Below are positions 1 to 7,967 of a DNA stretch of 64,000 bases, piece after piece. Location: assembly GCA_965372795.1 (NCBI GenBank), contig CBDVDR010000012.1, positions 42,446-106,445 of the forward strand, read 5' to 3'. Both the position numbers and the translations under genes were made by a program. Source of the stretch: an uncultured bacterium (lineage in GTDB: Bacteria; Zixibacteria; MSB-5A5; GN15; FEB-12). Within the stretch, counting starts at the first letter, position 1; the number at the start of each line of letters is the position of its first letter. The notes beneath the pieces were generated by a model. That model was given only the letters and a program-made list of their open reading frames with translations. It was not told the DNA's origin and ran no database searches.

Positions 1-2063
1 CAAGCTCAACCTGCGCATAGATCAGCGTATCAATACTCATCGTTCCCCGCCCGTCAATATCAGGCAGGATTACAATAGAGATTGAATCTTCAGGAATATT
101 CGCCCGTTCGGTCCCTGCCCCGGGGGTAGCCTCGGGGAATAATTTATCCGTATCAAAATAATTTGATTTTAATTCAAATAGAAACAGCGGTTTCTTCGCT
201 CGGGAACGGTCTATATTTTCAAGCGGAAGCAAATATGGAAACGGGTTGGCAAGTTTCCCTGTAAATGAAATATCACTTGAGGTAAACTTGACGGTCATCT
301 TTTTAACTGTAATCGTATCAGGTGCGATACTAAGTGATGATTCAAAAAGTTCTATCGGTTCCGGAAGAAGGTTATCGTTATACGATCCATTTTTAATTAT
401 TACTTCTCCCTGCGAAATTATCCGTTCCGGCTCTTCCATACTGCCGGCAAGTTTTAACCTGATGGACATCTCCCCCTTGAGTTGCGGGTCACCCTTGGGA
501 GGAAGATATTTCGTCAGATAGGAAAAATCGAGTTCAGAATTAAAATCACCGTCAATTTCAGGATAGATCGGATTTTCTTCAAGGCTGTCAGAAATTAAAT
601 AAGGAATCAATTTGGTGATGCGACCATTAAAATTGAAACTACCTGATGACATTTTTCCGGATAGGTTTTCTATTTTTGCCACTTTCTTATCGATATAGGT
701 ATCAATGGTAAATTCCTCCAACGGCTCTGGCAGCAAACCGGAGGAATAATATCCATCGGTGATTTTTAATTTACCTGAATAATCCATATCTCTCAGCTTT
801 TTGGTCTTACCCGAAATTTTCAAATCAAAATCAGCTATCCCGGAAATATCACCCCGGAAATCATCCGGCAAAAACGGGGTTATAAAAGAAAGATTCAACG
901 AGCCGGCCAGGTTGGCATTTATGGTTGGATTCTTAAAATCATCAATTACCAAATGTCCCCGGAGCGGTTTCCCGTCGAATGTCCCCTTTTCAATATTCAA
1001 CCTCAGGTTGTCCGGTTTAAAATCAATCAAAGCCCGTTCAAATTTTAACACGCCCTCAATATCTTTTTGAGTTAAAATAATATTCCCCAGAATAACCGTC
1101 CCATTGTACGACAAAACCTGTTCGCCATCAGGAACATATTCATAATCAACATCTATCGCCAACCCGCCATCAAATTTATAATCTTTGATGACATCCAATT
1201 TCTTAGCAGGTATAAAATTTAACAAATCATCAATCATCACATTGTCTGATTTCAGATTCCCTTTGACATAAAAATTATTTTTTGCATGTGAAACATTGGC
1301 TTTGATTTTGAGTTTCATACCATTCAAATCAAGGCGCGCCTCACTTAATTCAAGCAAGCCGACATTCATATCATAATTAGCCAAATATTTTAAATCGACC
1401 TTAAATACCGGAAGGTCGGTTTTACTTTTAACAACCAGACTGTCGATAGAAACTTCACCCTTGGATTCAAATATCCCCGGCTTATTATTGGCAAGGCTTG
1501 TGGACAGATTTAATCCCATAATTTGCATCGACAAATCAAGGCTGTCATCCCGATAATTGATAGTGCCATTTTCGATTTCAAAATTATCAAACGACAACGC
1601 TACCGAGGCGGCTTTGGTTTCCGGAGTAAGTTTTTCGGCTATTCCCGGGGGGGCTTTTTCTTCAGCTTTTTTAAAAGTATAGTTATTGAACCCGTTCTTA
1701 TTTTTGTGCATCGAGATAATCGGTTGATTGATTATTAACCGGTCGATTCGGAATTCCCCTGAGAAAAGCGGCAAAATTTGAAGTTTCAGATCAATATTTT
1801 CTGCAGTCAGGAAATTTGTTTCATCAAAATTTTCAGGCGTGCTTATTTGAACCTCGACCAGTTTCAACCCCAATCCGCCCCAGATCGAGAGATCGAGTTT
1901 TTCGATTGAAATTTCCCGTTCGAGTAATTCGCTCCCTTTTTCAATTGCCATTGCCTTAACTTTTTCTGCCGGGAAGAAAAGTTTGAATCCGACAACCACA
2001 ACTAACAAAAGTCCTATAAAAACCCCTGCGGTCCAGAGAGATATTTTCAAAAATTTATTCATA
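1..2063 (-). CDS. AsmA-family outer-membrane biogenesis protein (TamB-like fold). The 3' end is truncated by the window edge. It is absent from the ORF track because no in-window stop occurs on this frame.
   Basis: Reverse-complementing 2063 downward gives ATG then MNKFLKISLWTAGVFIGLLLVVVVGFKLFFPAEK... (N-terminal TM helix), followed by a long open beta-rich frame (…KLDLSIWGGLGLKLVEVQIS…, …GKLKITDGYYSS…) that stays open to position 1. The N-terminal anchor and repetitive beta-strand composition are typical of the AsmA/DUF3971 family. Confidence 0.55.
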
Positions 2064-2130
2064 ATGCTCCACTCCAATTTAACTGTATACAGGCGAGACA
2101 AGTATATCTTCCCAACGCATTAATATCAAT

Positions 2131-2159
2131 AAAAAAGGCAGAGCCAAATTGACTCTGCC
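2131..2159 (-). terminator. Rho-independent terminator downstream of the MBL hydrolase gene
   Basis: Hairpin ggcagagccaaattgactctgcc (2137-2159). On the minus strand it is followed by a T-run (plus-strand aaaaaa at 2131-2136), and it lies 23 nt past the stop at 2182. Confidence 0.6.
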
Positions 2160-2181
2160 TTATATCATAAAATTTTAATAA

Positions 2182-2862
2182 TTAGCCCAAATCGATCATT
2201 TCTCCCGGTTTGAGAATAATTACTTCCGAGCCGGTTACTTTTTCAGCAAATTCTTCCGGTTTTGTTTCAATAATCGGAAACGTATTGTAATGAAACGGCA
2301 CTACTTTTTTCGGTTGAATAAGCTCAACCGCTTTCACAGCATCGTCAATACCCATCGTAAAATTATCACCAATCGGCAAAAAGGCCAGATCAATATCATA
2401 CATAGCGCCGATCAGTTTCATATCGTAAAACAAGCCGGTATCTCCGGGATGATAAATAGTTTTACCGCCCATTGTCACCAGGAACCCAACCGGAGGACCG
2501 GTATATCGGGAAGCATCTTCCCCATAGCCGCCGCCGTGATGCGCGATAGTGAGTTTAACTTTTCCAAAATCGAAATCATGAGCCCCGCCGATATGCATCG
2601 GATGGATTTCAGCGCCTTGACTGGCACACAGATGAGCCAATTCAAAATTCGCTATGATCGTGGCTTTGTTACGTTTGGCAATTTCGACCCCATCCCCCAC
2701 ATGATCGCCATGACCATGAGTAATCAACACATGACTGACTATTACATCTTCAGCTTTGATTGGCGAGAGGGGATTTCCGGTGATGAACGGATCGATTATT
2801 ACGTTATGATTATCATGCTCAAGCATCACACAGGAATGACCTAAGAAAGTAACTTTTGGCAT
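2182..2862 (-). CDS. Metal-dependent hydrolase of the MBL fold (UPF0173/YtkL-like)
   Basis: 226 aa. Carries the THGHGDH metallo-beta-lactamase motif plus the downstream His/Asp ligands (…IAHHGGG…, …YHPGDTG…). Confidence 0.85.
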   Translation of the reverse strand: MPKVTFLGHSCVMLEHDNHNVIIDPFITGNPLSPIKAEDVIVSHVLITHGHGDHVGDGVEIAKRNKATIIANFELAHLCASQGAEIHPMHIGGAHDFDFGKVKLTIAHHGGGYGEDASRYTGPPVGFLVTMGGKTIYHPGDTGLFYDMKLIGAMYDIDLAFLPIGDNFTMGIDDAVKAVELIQPKKVVPFHYNTFPIIETKPEEFAEKVTGSEVIILKPGEMIDLG

Positions 2863-2886
2863 TATAAACTCCTTTGATGTTGCTTT

Positions 2887-2954
2887 TTAAATTCAGTTCG
2901 ATATTAAATTCAGCAACTTTTTAAATTCAGCGACCTTTTAAATTCAGTTCCATT
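2887..2954. repeat. Four tandem copies of a 17-bp unit (ttaaattcagNNNNNtt) in the 5' region of the MBL hydrolase gene
   Basis: The ttaaattcag core starts at 2887, 2904, 2921 and 2938, an exact 17-bp period. The array lies 25-92 bp upstream of the minus-strand start at 2862. Confidence 0.7.
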
Positions 2955-3046
2955 GAATTATCATATATGTAATAAAATATTACAGCCTCAGCCTGATTGT
3001 GTCAATATTTTAAATTTAGGGATATTTTGAATCAACCCTGCCTGAT

Positions 3047-3316
3047 TTGATAATAAACCACCCGAAGGGTGTTCTGTTGGGTCCTGATTTGCCGAAGGGA
3101 AATTGTGACCCTACAGCTTCCAATTGGGGTGGGTTTACTATTCATCCTACAAAGAGAAAATCACCCAAAGGGTGTCATTGCGAGGAGCGAAGCGACGAAG
3201 CAATCTCACACTTCGTGTGTCTATTCGAGGTTTTGCGTGGGCGGCAGACGTCCTCGTCTGCCCCATCCTTCGTTCGATATTTTGGCAGCATCACATTGAT
3301 ATAGCCCTACTTGAAC
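3047..3316. other. GC-rich structured non-coding segment (candidate ncRNA or cassette boundary). It contains caccc-N3/4-gggtg hairpins, a GC hairpin at 3239-3264 and the left inverted repeat at 3172-3219.
   Basis: No credible ORF: three mutually overlapping short ORFs occupy three frames on the same strand. GC is markedly above the window average. Motifs include ccacccgaagggtg, tcacccaaagggtg and gggcggcagacgtcctcgtctgcccc. Confidence 0.35.
3172..3219. repeat. Left terminal inverted repeat (IR-L) of the nuclease/K-channel cassette
   Basis: gtgtcattgcgaggagcgaagcgacgaagcaatctcacacttcgtgtg. Its reverse complement recurs at 5439-5485 (cacaaagtgtgagattgcttcgtcgcttctctcctcgcaaagacaa) with about 42 of 47 positions identical. 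Confidence 0.75.
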
Positions 3317-4141
3317 TTATAAATTTTCATCAGAATCATTCAAACCTGAATTTTCTGAAATTTCTTTGTCATTTATATTAGCATTCTTTATAGTTTTTTT
3401 TCTTTTAATCATAGAGTTGCTTTTCTTAAGTTTCTTTAATACATTTTTTAATTCATCTCCTTCAATCACTTCTCTTTTTAAAACCTCATTTAATAATATT
3501 CGATCTATTTCTTCAGTTGAGACTTTAACACCTGAATAAAACTTTCTTAATTCTCTCTTAATCAAATTTAACACCGGATCGGATTGAATGATTGCGCTTA
3601 TGGTAAAACGATTAACATTCTTAATATGCTCATGAAACGTCTCAATTGCACCTTTATTCAACCCTTCTTTACAGAGCAAGAAAAGGCTTTGATGGTCATC
3701 TTTCCTTTTATTGTTTAATTCGAGAAAATTGAATGAACAAATTAAATCTGAACCAATAGGACGTTCAAATTTAATCTTGTGAATCTCCCAAAATTCTCCA
3801 TTTGTTAAAACAACCCATTGAATTCCCTGATTTGAACCATAATTTAATGCTTGTTGTAAATGATTTTCTTTTAAATTTAAACCTACGGCTTTTACCTCAA
3901 TTATAAATTTAATATTTCCATTCATTTTTATAGCAAGATCACAAAAGGTTCCTTTTATAGCTTGTTCACTAGTAACCTCTACATATTTATCATAGCCAAA
4001 GACCCTTGATAACATATCTGTGATAATTGTTACAGTATCAGATTCGTTCACATCTCTGTCTTTTGCACCTAATATGACTTTTTGAAATCCAGGTATTTCT
4101 TTAGTTAGCCTACTAATAACATTTTTTGGAATATTAATCAT
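3317..4141 (-). CDS. Standalone PD-(D/E)xK nuclease-fold protein resembling the type I restriction enzyme HsdR N-terminal (HSDR_N) domain, with an uncharacterised Lys-rich helical C-terminal half
   Basis: 274 aa. …FCDLAIKMNGNIKFIIEVKAVGLNLKENHLQQALNYG…IQWVVLTNGEFWEI… matches the D…(E/D)xK core followed by the TNG motif of the HSDR_N / Mrr-cat-like family. No ATPase or methylase partner lies nearby. Confidence 0.55.
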   Translation of the reverse strand: MINIPKNVISRLTKEIPGFQKVILGAKDRDVNESDTVTIITDMLSRVFGYDKYVEVTSEQAIKGTFCDLAIKMNGNIKFIIEVKAVGLNLKENHLQQALNYGSNQGIQWVVLTNGEFWEIHKIKFERPIGSDLICSFNFLELNNKRKDDHQSLFLLCKEGLNKGAIETFHEHIKNVNRFTISAIIQSDPVLNLIKRELRKFYSGVKVSTEEIDRILLNEVLKREVIEGDELKNVLKKLKKSNSMIKRKKTIKNANINDKEISENSGLNDSDENL

Positions 4142-4234
4142 ATTACCCTCATAAAATAAATATTATTTTCCCACGTAGAAATAATGCATGAATATTATTA
4201 ATATTATAACTATTATGTATTATTATGTCAATAA

Positions 4235-5032
4235 ATGAAATTTGACATTGAGTTTATAAATCATTATTTTAAATTTATGTTAGACAATATTAAAAACTGG
4301 TTTTTCCAAGCTCTTGATAATTCTGAAGAGCAATCAAAGTGGCAAAAGAGTGTAGGAATATTTATAGTTATCCTCATCACTTTCAATGTTGCAGCAGTTA
4401 TTCTTGAAACTGTAAAAAGTATCAATGCTCAACTTTCTGAATTTTTCTATTATTTTGAAATCTTTTCTGTAGTAATATTTTCATTAGAATATGTCATTCG
4501 TATTTGGAGTTGTACAACTATCCCTAAGTACAAACACCCAATTTATGGACGCATCAAGTACGGATCTACTTTTTTAACTCTGGTTGATCTATTTGCAATA
4601 TTACCTTTCTTTTTGCCAATATTTATTGGGCTTGATTTACGATTTATAAGAATATTAAGAATGTTTAGATTCTTTAGAATTCTAAAATTGGGCAGGTATT
4701 CAAAATCAATGAAAGTTTTGGGAAATGTTTTTAATGCCAAAAAAAGTGAACTCTTTGTAAGTGTTTTTATAGTGATGATTTTATTATTGATCTCTTCAAG
4801 TTTGATGTATTTTGCAGAACATAAATCACAACCCGATATATTCTCAAGTATTCCCGCAACTATGTGGTGGGGTATTGCAACCCTTACTACAGTTGGATAT
4901 GGTGATATGTACCCAATCACTGCTCTTGGAAAATTTCTTGGAGCAATCATTTCATTACTTGGTATAGGAATGGTAGCTCTACCTGCCGGTATTTTAGCCT
5001 CGGGGTTTAGTAACGAATTGAAGGATAATTGA
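4235..5032 (+). CDS. Minimal 6-TM voltage-gated potassium channel (KvAP-like) lacking an RCK or other cytoplasmic domain
   Basis: 265 aa. The S4 voltage sensor has Arg at every third position (RFIRILRMFRFFRILKLGR). A pore helix and the canonical K+ selectivity filter (TLTTVGYGDMYP) are followed by an S6 helix. Confidence 0.85.
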   Translation: MKFDIEFINHYFKFMLDNIKNWFFQALDNSEEQSKWQKSVGIFIVILITFNVAAVILETVKSINAQLSEFFYYFEIFSVVIFSLEYVIRIWSCTTIPKYKHPIYGRIKYGSTFLTLVDLFAILPFFLPIFIGLDLRFIRILRMFRFFRILKLGRYSKSMKVLGNVFNAKKSELFVSVFIVMILLLISSSLMYFAEHKSQPDIFSSIPATMWWGIATLTTVGYGDMYPITALGKFLGAIISLLGIGMVALPAGILASGFSNELKDN

Positions 5033-5140
5033 GTTAGAATTACTCCCCCATTTTCCCCACTAATTCGTTGGTGAATGAGAAACCGTACCCCTATATAAAA
5101 GGAGGAACGGTGAGTTATGTCCAAAATTTATGATTAAAAA

Positions 5141-5600
5141 ATTAAAAATCACCCAAAGTGTACGCCAGAGAAAAACACACAAAGTATGCGAAATACACGA
5201 AGTGTGCAAACGAACCCATTTTCATTGTACAAGGATTCGTCATAATGATTTACAGCAATAAAATGAATATTTTCTGGAGTTTACCAAATGACAGAACTGG
5301 CAGGATCGCAGGGATCACTGCCCTACTTGTTGTCAAAAATGAGGAAACGAACCCAAATAGTTGTAATATTAAATCACAGATGAAGTTACAAGGAAATAAA
5401 AGAAAGAGTTACAAAGATAAACATGATAAATATAAACCACACAAAGTGTGAGATTGCTTCGTCGCTTCTCTCCTCGCAAAGACAAAATTGGCAGGATCAC
5501 AGGGATCACTGCCCTACTTGTTGTCTAAAAGTGAAGAAACGAACCCATTTTCATTGTACAAGGATTCGTCATAATGAGTTACAGCGAAAAAGAAATAATT
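5141..5600. repeat. 480-bp repetitive non-coding region between convergent gene ends. It contains a direct-repeat copy of aaaatcacccaaag, duplicated modules A (5211-5259 / 5537-5585) and B (5299-5355 / 5490-5546), and the right inverted repeat IR-R (5439-5485).
   Basis: Module A is gaaacgaacccattttcattgtacaaggattcgtcataatgaKttacagc. Module B is ggcaggatcRcagggatcactgccctacttgttgtcNaaaa…gaaacgaaccca, whose ends form a ggcag…ctgcc hairpin. Only short overlapping ORFs are present. Confidence 0.7.
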
Positions 5601-5610
5601 TAGCGTGAAA

Positions 5611-6696
5611 TTATGCGATCAAGCCGCCGGCAAGGAGATAATCACCTTCATAAAAGACAACCGATTGACCCGGGGTAATCGCTCGTTGGTGATCCTTAAA
5701 AGTCACCTGCACCCGATCATCCGGCAAACAGACCAACTCCGCCGGCCCGGGGGTGTGAAGATAACGAATTTTCACTTCAGCCGAAAATGCCGAAGCGGTC
5801 GGTTGCATCCCGACCCAGTTAATCTGTTCCGCAATCAATTCAAATCTAAACAGAGAATCGTTTTCGCTGACAACAACCCGATTATTGGCCACATCCAGCT
5901 CTTTAACATAAAGCGGGGTCGGATGAGTTAAGCCCAGACCTTTGCGTTGCCCGATAGTATACAGGGCGGTTCCAAGATGTTGACCGAGGACCTCGCCGTT
6001 TTCGTTAACAATTTCGCCCGGTTCGTAATTTCGGTCCTGTTTATGATGATGCTCGATTAAAAAGCGGCGGTAATTATCATCGGGAATAAAACATATTTCG
6101 CGCGACTCGGCTTTGTCGGCCGTGCGAAGTTTATACTTGCGGGCAATCTCGCGAACTTCGCTTTTGAGCAATCCGCCCAAAGGCATCAGAGTTTTCGAGA
6201 GTGCTTCCTGCGAGACACCCCAGAGAACATACGACTGGTCGCGGGAACCATCGATCCCCTTTTTGATTGTGTATCTTTGATTGGGAAGTTTTTCAATTTT
6301 GGCATAATGACCGGTTGCAATATAATCGCATCCAAGTTCGAGAGCTTTTTTTAAAAAGGTATTCCATTTGACATCGGAGTTACATCGCACACACGGGTTC
6401 GGCGTCCGCCCCTGGTCGTATTCGCTGATAAAATCTTTGATAACAGTATCGCGAAAATGTTCGGACATATTTAAAACATAAAATGGGGCATCAATAGAAT
6501 CACAAACAATCCGGCAATCGGTGATCGAATCAATCGTGCAGCACCGGCCGTCTTTGTAAATATCTGCGCCGACATCAACATAGTCCCACAGTTTCATATG
6601 AGCGCCGACAACTTCGTACCCCTGCTCTTTCAACAGAAAGGCGGCCACAGATGAATCGACACCGCCGGACATAGCTACTAATACTTTTTTACTCAT
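5611..6696 (-). CDS. mnmA: tRNA-specific 2-thiouridylase MnmA
   Basis: 361 aa. N-terminal PP-loop VAMSGGVDSSV, catalytic cysteines, and full-length similarity to MnmA/TrmU. Confidence 0.93.
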   Translation of the reverse strand: MSKKVLVAMSGGVDSSVAAFLLKEQGYEVVGAHMKLWDYVDVGADIYKDGRCCTIDSITDCRIVCDSIDAPFYVLNMSEHFRDTVIKDFISEYDQGRTPNPCVRCNSDVKWNTFLKKALELGCDYIATGHYAKIEKLPNQRYTIKKGIDGSRDQSYVLWGVSQEALSKTLMPLGGLLKSEVREIARKYKLRTADKAESREICFIPDDNYRRFLIEHHHKQDRNYEPGEIVNENGEVLGQHLGTALYTIGQRKGLGLTHPTPLYVKELDVANNRVVVSENDSLFRFELIAEQINWVGMQPTASAFSAEVKIRYLHTPGPAELVCLPDDRVQVTFKDHQRAITPGQSVVFYEGDYLLAGGLIA

Positions 6697-6722
6697 AAGA
6701 TTTCAGATTTTTTGGCAATAGC

Positions 6723-7901
6723 TCAAGTTGCCTGACTTCCTTTTTTATAAACCGGCGATAAATCGCGCAGTCTTTCAATTATCGGTGCCAATTCGGTGAC
6801 TACAAAATCGAGTTGTTCTTTCGTGGTTGATCGTCCCAAAGAAAAACGAATCGCACCCTGGGCTCTAAGCGGTGGAATATTCATCGCCGTTAAAACATGC
6901 GATGGTTCGGTGGCACCCGAAGTACAGGCTGAACCGGATGAGACAGAGATGCCTTTGAGATCAAGCCCGAGAACAATCGACTCACCTTCGGCACCAACGA
7001 ATGACAGATTTACAGTTTGCGGAATCCTATTTGCAGCAGGACTGTTAAGATAAGTATCAGGAATATCGTTTTTGACTTGTTCAATGAAATAATCCGCCAT
7101 TTTTGACAGACGTTCATAATCAGTTTCCCGGCATTTTTCGGCAATCTCCAAAGCTTTGGCAAGTCCAACCGCCCCGGCAACATTTTCAGTCCCCGGTCGG
7201 CGTTTTTTTTCGTGCGACCCGCCATAAATTAACGGTGCGATTTTTACACCGGCACGAATAAACAAAGCACCGGTTCCCTTGGGTCCGTAAATTTTATGAC
7301 CCGTCAACGACATCATATCAACGCCGAGTTCTTTGGCGTCGACCTTGACTTTGCCGATTGACTGGACCGCATCGGTATGAAAAAGGCTTTGCTTCTTTTT
7401 GACAACCTCACAGAGAGCTTTGATATCCTGAATTGCGCCGGTTTCGTTATTGCCGTGCATCACCGAAACAATTGCGGTATTGTCTTTGACTAAACTTTGA
7501 AGTTCATCGACTGATGAAAAACCTTCGCTGTTAACTCCGAGCAGATCCAGCTCGAACTCTTTGTTATGATGCAGGTATTCGGCCGGTTCTAAAATAGCAT
7601 GGTGTTCTGCGGCACCGACGATCAGGTGATTTTTTCTGGCTCCATATTGAAATATGGTGCCGAAGATCGCCATGTTATCCGATTCGGTTCCGCCGGAGGT
7701 GAAGTATAATTCCTGCGGTTCGCAATTTATAATTTCCGCAATAGTTTCTCTTGAGTTTTCCAAAGCAACTTTTGCATCTCTTCCAAAGTTGTGAACCGAG
7801 CTGGCATTGCCGAATTTTTCGGTCAGATAAGGAAGCATCGCTTCGACAACAGCCTCGTCTACGGGAGTAGTAGCATTATGATCAAGATATATTTGTTTCA
7901 T
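6723..7901 (-). CDS. Cysteine desulfurase (class V aminotransferase, IscS/NifS family). It likely supplies sulfur to MnmA.
   Basis: 392 aa. YLDHNATTP N-terminus, PLP-lysine region (SLTGHKIYGPKGTGALF) and the SSGSACTS active-site cysteine loop. Sits immediately upstream of mnmA. Confidence 0.9.
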   Translation of the reverse strand: MKQIYLDHNATTPVDEAVVEAMLPYLTEKFGNASSVHNFGRDAKVALENSRETIAEIINCEPQELYFTSGGTESDNMAIFGTIFQYGARKNHLIVGAAEHHAILEPAEYLHHNKEFELDLLGVNSEGFSSVDELQSLVKDNTAIVSVMHGNNETGAIQDIKALCEVVKKKQSLFHTDAVQSIGKVKVDAKELGVDMMSLTGHKIYGPKGTGALFIRAGVKIAPLIYGGSHEKKRRPGTENVAGAVGLAKALEIAEKCRETDYERLSKMADYFIEQVKNDIPDTYLNSPAANRIPQTVNLSFVGAEGESIVLGLDLKGISVSSGSACTSGATEPSHVLTAMNIPPLRAQGAIRFSLGRSTTKEQLDFVVTELAPIIERLRDLSPVYKKGSQAT

Positions 7902-7967
7902 TTATATTCCTTCTTTATTCCAAACTTATACGCCATCAAGTAATTTTTCTCTAAAGAAAATTGTAAT

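Noticed and set aside
2290-2844. 184-aa plus-strand ORF antisense to the MBL hydrolase gene
   Set aside because: It is fully embedded antisense in a gene with strong family motifs and has no motifs of its own. It is a typical shadow ORF.
3047-3381. Three overlapping plus-strand ORFs (85, 76 and 85 aa) in the track
   Set aside because: They overlap one another in different frames within a GC-rich, hairpin-dense repeat block. The translations are Arg/Gly/Cys-rich with no domain features. I treat the block as non-coding.
3157-5485. Calling the IR-bounded cassette an insertion sequence or transposon
   Set aside because: No transposase, integrase or recombinase ORF lies inside or adjacent, and no target-site duplication is identifiable. 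I report it only as an IR/DR-delimited cassette of unknown mobility mechanism.
5158-5931. ORFs 5158..5451, 5423..5608 and 5605..5931 on the plus strand
   Set aside because: The first two lie entirely in the duplicated A/B repeat modules. The third is antisense to the 3' end of mnmA. The translations are low-complexity and His/Lys/Arg-rich.
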